A DNA stretch of 64,000 nt, taken from positions 149,745,075-149,809,074 of the forward strand of contig NC_068981.1 in assembly GCF_001194135.2 (NCBI RefSeq), given 5' to 3'. Under the pieces are notes generated by a model that saw nothing but the letters and a program-made list of their open reading frames with translations, was not told the DNA's origin and did no database searches. The translations under genes and the position numbers were made by a program. Origin of the DNA: Octopus bimaculoides (lineage: Eukaryota). Positions 38,392 to 51,229 of the stretch are shown here, piece by piece; the stretch's first letter is position 1, and each line of letters opens with the position of its first letter.

Positions 38392-38745
38392 AACTTACTT
38401 TATCGAAGCTGAAAGTAGAAAGATCAAAATAGAACCCGGCGGTATTTGAACTCAGAACTTGAAAGATAGACGAAATGCAGCTAAGAATTTTAACCAACGT
38501 ACTAACGATTCTGCAACCTCACAGAATATATTGATCTTAAATTTTGTGCACAAGGCCAGCAAGGCAAGTGATGGAAATGTGTCGATTACATCGACCGCAG
38601 TACTCAACTGGTACTTATTTTATCTACCCTGAAGAGATGAAAAGCAAATTCGACCATGACGGAATTTGAACTCAGAAAGTAAAGACGAACAAAATGCTGC
38701 GTAGTATTTCGCCCAGTGTGCTAACGACGCTGCCAGCTCACCACA
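38392..38745 (-). mobile_element. Two tandem SINE family A copies (38392-38522 truncated; 38527-38745 full)
   Basis: Reverse-complement family-A head and core. Confidence 0.85.
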
Positions 38746-39282
38746 TTAAAGAAAGTAAGTATGTTGAAAAGAGAACTGTGTCACCATATGCAGACATACA
38801 TTTTAAATAAACAGTTCTCCACAGAAAACTATATTAAGTATGAAATCTATACTAGAACAACACGAGAGTATGTGAAAATAGCATCTGCATATGTCAGATC
38901 ATAATTCTATTTTGGAATTCTGTACCATTGCCAATATTTAAAATGGAAATTCGAAAATAGGAGACTACATCGTCTTTGGGATCTATGTCATATGCCAAAT
39001 TCCTGATTAAACTTTCACATCATTATTTATCAGGTTTTCTAAAATTTAATAACGGCAGCAACTAAACGATTTCAATTGCAGTTTCATAGATTGTTGTTGG
39101 TGATGTTATTTTTCAGAGGTCGGCCCTAATTGAGTAAGCTTATAAACAAAGCGTTTGCGACAGTCAACACCCTACTTTGTTTCTTGGCATAAATTAACCA
39201 GTATTCCATCATTTAGATAAGTAGGTAGAGTGTAATTTAAGGGAGATTTCGACTGCCACTTCATAGTTCGAAACTTATATAC

Positions 39283-39343
<61 letters not shown>

Positions 39344-39733
39344 NNNNNNNNNNNNNNNNNNNNNNNNNNNNNNNNNNNNNNNNNNNNNNNNNNNNNNNNN
39401 NNNNNNNNNNNNNNNNNNNNNNNNNNNNNNNNNNNNNNNNNNNNNNNNNNNNNNNNNNNNNNNNNNNNNNNNNNNNNNNNNNNNNNNNNNNNNNNNNNNN
39501 NNNNNNNNNNNNNNNNNNNNNNNNNNNNNNNNNNNNNNNNNNNNNNNNNNNNNNNNNNNNNNNNNNNNNNNNNNNNNNNNNNNNNNNNNNNNNNNNNNNN
39601 NNNNNNNNNNNNNNNNNNNNNNNNNNNNNNNNNNNNNNNNNNNNNNNNNNNNNNNNNNNNNNNNNNNNNNNNNNNNNNNNNNNNNNNNNNNNNNNNNNNN
39701 NNNNNNNNNNNNNNNNNNNNNNNNNNNNNNNNN

Positions 39734-39774
<41 letters not shown>

Positions 39775-39799
39775 GTATGTATGCATATATATATATTTT

Positions 39800-40020
39800 T
39801 TTAAATGTCACCACATGTGAATCGTTTCCGATTTTTTACCTTCGTGTTCCTTTTACCTCGGACTTTCCTCTGTCTCCTGTTTCTGAAGAAAAGCTTTGCT
39901 CGAAACGTAAAACCACCTTTCTTTCCTTCCCTGAGCGTCTGCTAATACTTTGTATGTACCACGTCCTCGCTTTGTTGTTTATTCTTGCGTTTGTACTTCG
40001 TTTTTGGAGTGATTTACTAT
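39800..40020 (+). mobile_element. Short non-coding PLE-tail/retrozyme-like repeat carrying a hammerhead motif
   Basis: ~215-bp unique block between microsatellites containing the motif at 39879-39913. The assignment is inferred from the known hammerhead-PLE association. Confidence 0.5.
39879..39913 (+). ncRNA. Minimal type I hammerhead ribozyme
   Basis: Stem I GTTT/AAAC; core CTGAAGA; stem II (A)AGC-TTT-GCT(C); GAAA; palindromic ACGT stem III; predicted cleavage GUA after 39909. Confidence 0.6.
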
Positions 40021-40173
40021 ATATATATATGTATGTCTATATATACATATATTTGTATCATGTATATATCTTTGTATATATAACAGCAACAAAAATATAT
40101 AGGAATAAGAGCATATCTTTAGTTTAGATCACACTTCAAATGCAACAACTGTTTCAGTTGCATTAACATATGC

Positions 40174-40383
40174 TTTTCTACTCTAGGCACAGGGCTCGAA
40201 ATTTTGGGGGAGTGGGCCAATTGATTAAATCGAACCAGTATGCAACTGGTACTTAATTTATTGAACCCTAAGGGACGAAAATCAAAGTTGACCTCGGCGG
40301 TATTTAAACTCAGAACATAAAGACAAACGAAATACCACTAACCATTTCGCCCGGCCTGATAACGTTTATGCCAGCTCGCCTCC
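40174..40383 (-). mobile_element. SINE family A, full copy with 21-bp TSD
   Basis: TTCAGTT(G/A)CATTAACATATGC at 40153-40173 and 40384-40404. Confidence 0.9.
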
Positions 40384-40422
40384 TTCAGTTACATTAACAT
40401 ATGCATACGCACAAATATATTT

Positions 40423-40465
<43 letters not shown>

Positions 40466-40789
40466 GTGTGTAATATTATGAAAATTCGTAATAATATTTA
40501 CGAAAATCAATGTCAACACCACACTATCAAGTTTGTCCAAATTGGTGAAATTCCAACTGGACATTTGGAAAACTTTTAGTTGTTAATAAACACTAACAAC
40601 ATGAAACGCCAAATTAGATTTAGCATTCATTCATTCCTTCAAACAAGAGTGACGTCAATGAACACCTAGTTTTCTCAATGTCTCATGTTGCGCCTTGGTT
40701 AAGTTTGGTTTAATTTTCGATCCCTTCCGTAAGATGTTGGAGATAGACTTTCAGTGTGGATAGTTTGCAGTTGAGTTCTCGGTTGGTTG

Positions 40790-41405
40790 GGGGTGGACAA
40801 CACCTACTTCTCTTTCCATAATCACATATATAAACAAACAACACGTCTCCCCATGGGATCCAGTCTCTCGGGCCTACTAGCCATCAGTTATACGAACCAT
40901 CTGAAACGTCGAGCACTCAACATCTGCCGCTCATGCGACTTTTTAGCAGGTACGCTGATGACTTTCTTATACTCACATCCTCCTGTGGAGAGACAGACAG
41001 AATATTCACGACGTTCAACAACATGGACATGAATATACGGTTCCCTATAGAACATCCCGACAACGCTGGATCCCTATCGCTGCTCGATTTCCAACTGAAA
41101 ATAACGCAAGGAGATATCCACACCGAGTTATACAGGAAAGCAGCCAGTAGAGATATGTTTGTTCACTACAATTCAGCCCTTCTACTCGGTGTCAAAATAG
41201 GATCCGCCAGAAATGAAATTACACGCATCCAGATCAAGTGCAGCAAGACAGAGGACAAGGTGACCCACACCACATGCTTCATAGAGGTATTGAAAACCAA
41301 CGGGTACCTATATCCATTGCAAATCGGCTTAAGTACCCAAGACGACAAACACACCGAACACATAGAAGACCTAGTAACACACGCTTCCTTAAAATACCCC
41401 CATTT
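40790..41405 (+). mobile_element. Penelope-like element RT fragment (second family)
   Basis: DNTYFSFHNHIYKQTTRLPMGSSLSGLLA; RYADD (40948-40962); IRFPIEHP; LSLLD; LYRK..VHYNSA; NGY. Confidence 0.88.
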
Positions 41406-41435
41406 TAGTGAGTGTCTGTGTGTGTGTGTGTGTGT

Positions 41436-41530
<95 letters not shown>

Positions 41531-41559
41531 TTATGAGCGAAAAGGATAAGTTCCCCGCG

Positions 41560-41700
41560 GCTTCAAAAGAAGGTAATGGCGAACTTCTGCTGACTCTTTC
41601 GCCACAACTTTCACTCCTGCACCTAGCAGCTCACCTGTGATGGACCGGCGTCACGTCCAACTGGGGAACCTATACCACCGGAAAACCAGCCCTTATGAGC
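41560..41700 (-). mobile_element. GC-rich dispersed repeat fragment (probable LINE/SINE 5' region)
   Basis: GC-rich non-coding block CTGGCTCATAAGGGCTGGTTTTCCGG..GGACGTGACGCCGGTCC..GAAAGTTGTGGCGAAAGAGTCAGC on the minus strand. Recalled as an octopus repeat; not verified. Confidence 0.35.
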
Positions 41701-41729
41701 CAGGCATGAATCGTGAAGGAACAAGCAGC

Positions 41730-42540
41730 AACAACAAAGGAGTGTCTTGTAGTTCTTGACGTGTATGGGTTTCAGGATGTGCGAGAGGAGCCAAAATATT
41801 TTCTACAAAGGTTTTTCCACGCTGGAGACGATGGGTCTAATCTGGATCATGTTGCTATCCTTGTGTGCTTTAATGAGGTGATAGAATCTGGGTAATCTAC
41901 TGCTCTTTGTGATGTTGTTCTTGTATTTGCTATGTAGTTGTCTCCGTCTACAAATATCAGTCCATGCAGTGTTAATTCGGTCTTCAATCCTGGTCGCAGT
42001 TGTATCAGTCGCTTCAGAATATAGTCAGTCATTGCTTAAATATTCTAGTGTCAGTCTATCATAAATTTGACAAGAAATTACGCAGATTTCTTTCCCTTCG
42101 TCTGTTTCATGTTGCGTCTTGGTTAAGTTTGGTATTATTTTCAATTCCTTCCTTAAGATGTGGGAGATAGACTGTTCTCGGTTGGTTGGCGGTGGGTGGT
42201 TGATACGTGGGGAATTTGCCGAATGTGTTGTTGTTGTTCTTGTTCTTTATTACCGATAGCCATTTTAGTTGGCAGGCTGTTCGACAAAAGTTGCCTTCCA
42301 GGTCGAGTAAGATTTTTTCGTTCGGCTGCTGGTTCAAGATAAAGTTCTAGTTCTTCATGACAGATTGACCCACTCAAGCCTGTGACTAGGTGTGCTAGCG
42401 TCCTCGATGTAGTGTTATCTTGTTCGGTGGACCTGTCCCGCTCATCTGTGTCGGTGTAATAGGCCGAGTTGTGCCGGTATTTGGTACAAAGCCACAGAAA
42501 TTGTAGTTTGATACGTTTCTTCTCTTGGTCAACGCAGCGG
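41730..42540 (-). mobile_element. PLE ORF N-terminal/early RT fragment, opposite in orientation to 40790-41405
   Basis: TDYILKRLIQLRPGLKTEL..VDYPDSITSL..; LLSHILKPIHVKNY (cf. PLE L..ILKP..HVKN). 42107-42190 is duplicated at 40683-40790. Confidence 0.5.
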
Positions 42541-42850
42541 TGTTAGCATCGGTTAATAGCTGCGGTTTTCAAGTGAATTCTACTTCCCCATATTTCCTAC
42601 AAAAATTCTCAACAGGGACCTTTTCTGCTCGGATTTCACTTTTCAGTTTCGTCCGTTTTGTTCCAGTTGATTTCAAATTTGGTACGTTATGTAGTCTTGT
42701 ATGCTAATGATTGAAATTCACATCATTTTTGCTTTAAATCAAAAGATAAACAGTTATTAACCATTAAAATTCTATTAGCTAATACTATTTGCCATTTACG
42801 ACTTCTGACAAAAAATTATACATGCATGTATACATACATAAATACATACA

Positions 42851-42882
<32 letters not shown>

Positions 42883-43585
42883 CACATACATAGATACATA
42901 CATACATACATACATACATACATGTATTTTTCGAACATCTTTCTCCGTGTGGTCGGTTCGAAAAAAATTTAAGATATTAGGATATTTTCCTACTTTTCTT
43001 AACATGAAAGCAATGTTAGCCTTAATTCACAAATAAAGAAATTATATATATATATGTGAATGAAGGCTAACATTTGCTAACATTTGCACGCACAAAATAT
43101 TTGTTGTTCTATATAAATCGGTTTAATGGTTCATGTTTTAAAAACAATTGGTAAACGTACACCTATAATTCGTATAAGTACCTCGAAGTCAGAATTCATC
43201 GATTAGCTATTCCTTGAAAGCAAGCGTCTGATAGATATTATCAGACATGAACTTCTGGAAAATATATGTATTCTCTCCTTAGCAGTGGAGTTTATACAAC
43301 ATATATCGCTCAAATTTCCGTCTCAATGGGAATAAACATTCAATGCAGTATCAGTCTCCTGACTTCAGATTAAATTGCTTTATTTTAATGATAACCGTTA
43401 TTGATTATGTTCTCCTATAAACCCGAACCTGTTTGCTTTATGTAACGAACCAATTTTGCATCAAGAAGAAATCATTCTCCAAAGCTGGTCTAAATTTATC
43501 AATGGATAATGTTCCGATACGTTTATATGTACATACTCTATCTAGTAAAATACTTTCGTATAAAATTTCGTAAGATATTAATATT

Positions 43586-43767
43586 GATTTCAAATTTTGG
43601 CACACAGCTAGTAATTTCCGAGGAGGGAGTAAGTCGATTACATCGACACCACCGAAAGATAAAGTCAACCGCAAAGAAATTTGGACTCAGAACGTCAAGA
43701 CGGAAGAAATGCTGCTAAGCATTTTGCGGGAGCAGTAGCGATTCTGCCGGGTCGCCTCCTTCTTAAA
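43586..43767 (-). mobile_element. SINE family A with internal deletion and 10-bp TSD
   Basis: ATATTAATAT at 43576-43585 and 43768-43777. The core is collapsed between the two TCGAC(A/C)CC repeats. Confidence 0.85.
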
Positions 43768-44364
43768 ATATTAATATAGAAATCTTACTTTGCAAACAAT
43801 TCAGGTAATACAATCATAGCGATTTTTTAGGAGATAGTGAGGAAAGAAGATGACAGTTATATGCAGCTTATCTTCACTTCATTTTGAAAATAAATGTGCA
43901 GAAAAATAATTTTACGTTTTAAATAAATAAATAAATAAATAAATATATATATATATATATATATTATAGTCTCCCATACTATTACTGCTATCATCATCTT
44001 ATATTAGGAACATTTGATTTACGAGGTAGTTTCAATAAACAAATATCTAAGGATCGAAAAAACATATACCAACATATTCAATATTTGATAAGTAATATCC
44101 AAGTAAGGCGTGAAAGTGCACAAAGTTATACATCAAATTGCCATCCAAAAAATCAATAGAATTGAGCAGAATATTTAAACCCTATGCTCTTATGGTTGGG
44201 AAATATATAGTAAAAACTCGATTTCTGGAATATATTTTTAAATAAATATGTTTTCCTCGTACATATTTCGATACAAACGAATATGTTATGTTAAACATAA
44301 ACAAATTAATATTATTTGATTGCTAAATTAAAACTCAGACACTCCCACACAAATACACACACAA

Positions 44365-44478
<114 letters not shown>

Positions 44479-44699
44479 GTTTGTGAGCTGGTGTCTGTCC
44501 GTATCTATCTATCTAACTATCCATACAAACATACATACATGTACGCACGCACACACACACATATATATATATAGAGAGAGAGACAGAGAGAGAGGTAAGA
44601 GGGGGAAGAAGAAACAAGGAGAAAGTAAGGCATACAGCACATTGTGGGTCGATTTTTTTGTATAACAGATTGCAGGATCGCATTTGTGATGTAGACGTT

Positions 44700-45185
44700 G
44701 GGCGCCGCACTGGTACAGTTTGATTGGCGGCACCCATTACCTCATCGCAACTGCGCTGTATGGGACATGTTTGCAGGATAGAGGGCCATACGATCCCAAA
44801 GGTAGTTTTCTGCGCTGAACTTCGTCAGGGCAGGAGGAGCCGTGGTTGCCAACAGTTTTAATACATGGATGTGCTAAAAAGACATATGAAATACCATGGT
44901 AGCTCTCCTGACATCTGCAGCACGATGAACGACACCGATCGCTGAAACTCATAAATCCAGTCATTGAAGGAAAAATAGCAGAGAAAATACGACAGAGCAC
45001 ACGCGAGGCGTCACTTGACATTTGAGTCAACCAAATTCCCGTGTAGTTGATTGTATCGTTGTTGCAGATCAAAAGCCAGCCTTGTGGCCCGCATGTATGC
45101 CTGCCAGATATCATTTCTAGACACAACAATCAACATCGACCTACGACGGCCGGTCGACCACGATAACAAAGATATACAGACATAT
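44700..45185 (+). mobile_element. RTE-clade LINE 3' end, decayed
   Basis: ITSSQLRCMGHVCRIEGHTIPKVVFCAELRQGRRSRG..YMDVLKRHMK..YDRAHARRH..FPCS*LYRCCRSKASLVARMYAC (C-terminal Cys finger) and a short 3' UTR. Confidence 0.85.
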
Positions 45186-45314
45186 ATAACGGATATTTTT
45201 GATACATACATACATGCATACTTACTTACACAAACGCATTCCTACCTACCTACCTACCTACCTACTTACATATATACGTACATACATACATGCATGCATG
45301 CATGCGCGCGCGCG

Positions 45315-45490
45315 TGTATCTTTCATCTTTTGCTTGTTTCTGATATCGGACTGCCATCATGTTGGGGTACTGGTTTCAAGCGTTTAATCCTGCCCAAGTA
45401 TGGTACTTATTCTGTGCGTCCCTTTCGTTGAATTGCTAAGTTCGAGGGAAAAGCACGGCATAGAAACAATGACACACACAGACACACGCA

Positions 45491-45566
<76 letters not shown>

Positions 45567-45735
45567 TATACGACAAGCTTCTTTCAATTTTCTTCTGTCA
45601 AATCTACTCACAAAGCGTTCGTCGACCTGAGGTTGTAGTAGAAGACATTCGCCTAAATTTCCACGCAGTGGGACTGAAGCAGAAACCATGTGGTTACGAG
45701 GCAAACTTCTTTACAGAGCCACGCCTACGCCTGGC
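45315..45735 (-). mobile_element. SINE family B, decayed full copy with internal (CA)n
   Basis: Matches 51230-51581 (ACGACAAGCTTCTTTCA..CACGCAGTGGGACTGAA..CCATGTGG). Confidence 0.8.
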
Positions 45736-45884
45736 GAACTTGTTAGCACACAAGCAAACCTCTTCCTCCATAGACAAATATATATTCTATAGATACAGGG
45801 TCTGCATGTATAATAAGTCATACGACATAAAATATTTGTGTATCAGAGTGTATAAATACACGAAGAGAAAGCCATCGATAGGAA

Positions 45885-46004
45885 TTCTTACATGCTAGAA
45901 AGGCCAGTCACTTAGTTCTTATTCATTCTAGTGCTCACATGCAACGTGCCTTAGGAATTGTTTGCGTGGTTTGGGTTGTGACTGCCCTTTCTAGCATGTA
46001 AGAA
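45885..46004. repeat. 27-bp inverted repeat (1 mismatch) with 66-nt spacer
   Basis: TTCTTACATGCTAGAAAGGCCAGTCAC (45885-45911) and GTGACTGCCCTTTCTAGCATGTAAGAA (45978-46004). Confidence 0.85.
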
Positions 46005-46089
46005 GTCCAATCAATGGCCTTCTCTTCGTGTATTTATACACTCTGATAAACACACACACACACACATATATACATTCGTACGTGTGTGA

Positions 46090-46184
<95 letters not shown>

Positions 46185-46649
46185 TACATAAATTTATCGA
46201 TCTATCTATCTGCTTATGTATATGTGTGTGTCCCTCTTTATGTTTGTATTGTGCGTGAATACTACAAATTATATAACACGATTACGTGTTATCAAATGCC
46301 AGCTATGCGTCCAGTATTTCTGGTGTAGTAAATTCAGTTATGTTTTGTAAGTATCAAATATTCTTGTAACCCACGCGGTTGTGATAAGAAACACTTATCT
46401 CTTATTTTAATTTCACTCAGGTCTTTTAAAACTTAACACATACATTGATTATATAATGCAGAAAAGATTACAGCAACTGTAATTGAAAAGGTTAATTATT
46501 TATATCAACGTGAAAATATCTTTAGTTGTTCTCATTTTTTATCACTGCAACATGAGATTCTCGAGTTAGATTTGTTAAGTTTTGCTTAAGAAAAGAAAAT
46601 TAATATATGTGTTAACGGTTTCAACCTTAAACATGCGAAACATAGTAAC

Positions 46650-46683
<34 letters not shown>

Positions 46684-47889
46684 AGAGAGGGGGAGAATAA
46701 AATAGAGAAATTTGCTGTTTGCTCATAGATCAGCTTGCCAGTAGCAGGTTAATTATTTTAAAATTAACATTTTGTCATGCTATTCAAAATATAAATATTT
46801 TAAAGAAAACTCTTCCCAACGTAAATGAATGACATTAGAATGTATGACATCGTATTCTGACGGAATATAAAAATGTTAGCAGATGGACAGTAGCATTATC
46901 GCCTGCTCTACGGCATCACGTGAGATTATACGGAGGTAAATCCGGGTATCATATACGAAAACATTTATTATAGAGCATAACATAACATCTAAATTCGGAA
47001 ATACTGACTGAAGGAAACCGATGACAACAAATCACTCGTAATTCACCTAGAAGGAAGATATGTTAGATTTCAACAATAATCTTTCGCTATGATTCAGTTG
47101 TATATAAAAATCAATAAGTATATTCTTGATGTGATTTTACCAAGACATACAGACTTGGCACAATTTGCGTCATGGAATATTTTGATCTCTGTTTCCAACT
47201 GGTACCAAACTAAAAGTTATCAAAATTTTTGCAGTTTGACATTGATAACTATTACGTGCCCTCGACACATTTCTTTGTTGTGCCTATTAATCTTGCTAAA
47301 GCTTATACTGATATTAAAACTTTGAAGTATATAGAATTTTGCAAGACTGCAAATTTTATTACAATTCGTACTGAAAAGAAGTACTCTCGGGATCATTTTG
47401 ACGTCGGCTTATACGCTGCTGGCTTAATTGAAAGAACACATGTTATTTATCTATACATTTTCTTCCAGAAAAAGTGTGGTTTGAAAATGTAAAAAAAAGC
47501 CTGTATCAGTCTGAAGGTCTCTGCGTTGACCGATTAAGACCCACAAATTAAAAACCCAAGAAAGTAGCATATAATATTCTTTTTCCCAAAAGTTGAGGAT
47601 GCCAAATGTGTTTCCTGAATGGTTCTGTCAACCTTATGACTGAGTTCTGTTAACATAAACCTAACGAATCAGTAAACTACTGTATATCAGCAGATTTCCA
47701 ATCACCCAAGGAATATGTCGAAATAATTTAATTAAAATGATTTCACTTAACAGATAGTGTTAGTTCCTACTATTTCGTTATAATATATTGACGCAAACGT
47801 TAACAGCCAGTTTAAAAAGCATATTTTATAAATGTTAAGCATATAGATGTATATTCTGGAGCATGGAAGTGGCGATTCACATAGTTGAG

Positions 47890-47932
47890 CCTTGTGAGTG
47901 GATTTGGTAAACGGAAACTGAAAGAATCCCGT

Positions 47933-48009
<77 letters not shown>

Positions 48010-48333
48010 NNNNNNNNNNNNNNNNNNNNNNNNNNNNNNNNNNNNNNNNNNNNNNNNNNNNNNNNNNNNNNNNNNNNNNNNNNNNNNNNNNNNNNNNNNN
48101 NNNNNNNNNNNNNNNNNNNNNNNNNNNNNNNNNNNNNNNNNNNNNNNNNNNNNNNNNNNNNNNNNNNNNNNNNNNNNNNNNNNNNNNNNNNNNNNNNNNN
48201 NNNNNNNNNNNNNNNNNNNNNNNNNNNNNNNNNNNNNNNNNNNNNNNNNNNNNNNNNNNNNNNNNNNNNNNNNNNNNNNNNNNNNNNNNNNNNNNNNNNN
48301 NNNNNNNNNNNNNNNNNNNNNNNNNNNNNNNNN

Positions 48334-48378
<45 letters not shown>

Positions 48379-48565
48379 ATCTATGTGTGTCTCAGTGGGG
48401 ATTATTTTCGACTGTGCTTGACAACCGGTATCGGTGTTTTTACGTCCCTGTAACTTACGAGTTTAGCAAAAGAACACGAAAGAATAAGTACGGGGACCAA
48501 TTCGGTCTATTAAAATTATTCAAGGGGTGCCCCAACATGCAAGCAGTCTAATGACTGAAACAATT
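47890..48565 (+). mobile_element. SINE family B (5'-truncated) with expanded internal (TA)n(TG)n and a gap
   Basis: GCCTTGTGAGTGGATTTGGTAAACGGAAACTGAAAGAA-[microsatellite]-CTTGACAACCG..TACGTCCCTGTAACTTA..AATGACTGAAACAA. Confidence 0.85.
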
Positions 48566-49204
48566 GTCTAATTTGTTCCCGCGGCTCATATTTATCCTTA
48601 TTATTCGCAGTTATCTCGTTGACGCTCTGCACATTAAATATATTAGCACTAACATAACGTGCTTACAACGTTGTAACTATTGATATTTAAGGCATCCATT
48701 CAAATATGAAGGATGTTTGAGTCTTACAATTATCTTTACAACTTGGAAATGTGAAATCAATAACCTATGGCGAAATATAAAACGTAACTGTCTGCAACTG
48801 AAAATAAAATTCCATGGTGTTAAAGAGGATGAAAAATGTAAAACTTGAAACAAATATCTTTAGGAGAGACTATTAATAGAAAATAAAATGTATACAAAAT
48901 AGCGTTCTATACGATGGAAAAAGAAAAAAAACATGCATACAAGCTGAAATATCAACAGAAGAAACACTTGCAATCCAGATCTGTAAGTGATAAGTGTTCT
49001 TTAAATTTAATGTTAGCGAACTATTAAGTGCGATTAAAAACAACAAACAATCCCCTGGCCTTTCCGAATTAGTTCATTCTAATGCAGCGGACAGTAAACG
49101 AAACGAAAATGACGAAAACGATACAGTAAAGAACTGTATATTTCGAACTATGTACTAACAATACTAGGATTTGAACAGCATAACTGTACAGGCATACAAG
49201 TATT

Positions 49205-49328
49205 CTTTTCTACTCTAAGAAAAAGGTTAGAAACTTTGGGGGAGGGCGCCAGTCGATAAGATCGACTCCAGTACACAGCTGGTACTTAGTTTATCGACCC
49301 CACCGGAAAGGATGAAAGGCAAAGTCAC
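49205..49328 (-). mobile_element. SINE family A, 5'-truncated
   Basis: AGTCGAT..ATCGACTCCAGTAC..CTGGTACTT..TTATCGACCCC..GAAAGGATGAAAGGCAAAGTC. Confidence 0.8.
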
Positions 49329-51229
49329 TAGTATTAGAAACACTAAACTCTTTCGCGAGCAAGAAAACATATCTAAACAGACTATGAAACATTTGCAGAG
49401 AAATTCTCAAAATATGTGATATACAAAAGTTCAAAACTAGAGTTAATTCAGGATATTCAAAATACACGTGTTGCAGTCAATCGAATTGCTATAAATGGCA
49501 GCCAAAACTTCATTAAACCGGAGACTTCTCTCTCAGGAAGGATCAATAAATTGGATTATATACACTGGGTATATTATTCTTGGAAAATAGACAGGATGAA
49601 CATGGCAGGTGTAGTATTTACTAAGAATTTTCTGGAAAATGCAGATTTGAGATTGTTACCATAAAAGTAAAAAAGTAAACTTAAGAAAAAATTCTGTTGA
49701 AATACTTAAACTAGAAAGTTTGGGAGTAGTAAATTGATAATTAATCTATGAAACATATAAAACGCGAACACCGATTATATGAGTAAAATTACGTTCTCTT
49801 TCATGTAGTGTTTAGCACATTTCGATTGAAGGCGAAGTTGGTGCAAAGAGAGAAAGGTTATAAAATAACTACTGTAGCTAGGGCAAATATCCGGAAAGAA
49901 CAAAAGAGGGTGTAGAAGTTGAGAAAATTGAAGAAAATATACTGTTGGCATTTAACATACTAAAAAAAGAGCAACTTACCATTGGAGCCATTTTGAATAA
50001 CCTGAAGTAAATTGCTGCTAGGACAGCAAATGAAACTGTAGAAAACAATAATTTAACGGCATTAGAACAACGTACTTGTCGATATGTTTCTTATTTAATT
50101 ACCGGATCATGCATAAGCACATAATGGATACCCTTCACATGTATGGATCGTTAACAAAATTAGGTATTTTTCAGACTCATTTGATCATCTCAACAAAATG
50201 CTGAAAGCTCACTTATCTGATAATGGTGAACTTATCTTAAACAACAAAATAATAGACATTTATTAGTTTCCAACAAAACCATGATTATAAGCTCCGGTCT
50301 CACTGAGTTATGTCAGTGCAAACTGAAAGGGCGCGCTTGAAGTGACTTTATATAAGTAATCAATCACAACTTCATTGATAAACTAAAATTATAAGCAGGA
50401 TTTCTTCGCCATCTTGATTCCCTTTATTGTGAAACAGTTTGGTTAATGCATAGAATGTTTTTGGACTGAAAGATGGTTAATGCATAAAATTTGTTTGGAC
50501 TGGAAGAGTATTAAAAGTACTGGCAAGTTGGACATATAATTTGAGATCCATGAATGGCAAATAATTTATGTGGTAGATAATTTTGAACGTTATAATAATT
50601 TGTGTACTACGGAAGTAAAACACTAGGTGGGAAAGATGTGTCGACGAGAAAAAATATTTTGAGATAATCGAAACATTACCTATGTGTCACTCAGATATCA
50701 GAAATATAACGTATAACACACTTTTAGTAGCAAACCTATGGGTTTCGCATTATTCAATGCGAAATTAACAAACCCGACAGTGGTCAAACTATATCACAAA
50801 AGAATTGTAGTTAGGGACTGCTGGTTGTTAATAAACAGTTTCAAATGGTCATTACAAATTCTCTATTTTATAGAGGTGACTAAAATTTCTATCAGTGAGA
50901 CACTGTTTGATTATTTGCGATGGTCTAAAGATTAGATACAGAATTTGGTTAGCTCTCTGTGATGTTTGTGAATTAGGAACACGTGACTTATGAACGATAG
51001 CTGTGCCAAACTCTAAGTCCAGTGAATGTGTGAAGTGGTAGTATGAACAACAGGTTGTCAGAATAGGTACAGATAAAGAAATAGATCATTCGTTTGTATG
51101 CGAATGATAGTAGGCTATATGTCCGTATTTATGAATGTGTAAATATGTTTCTTCTTTTTTATTGCATGAAAATGTAAACAATAAGAATGAAGTGTCTTAT
51201 TGATTTACTTATTGAGTAGTGTTTTATTC

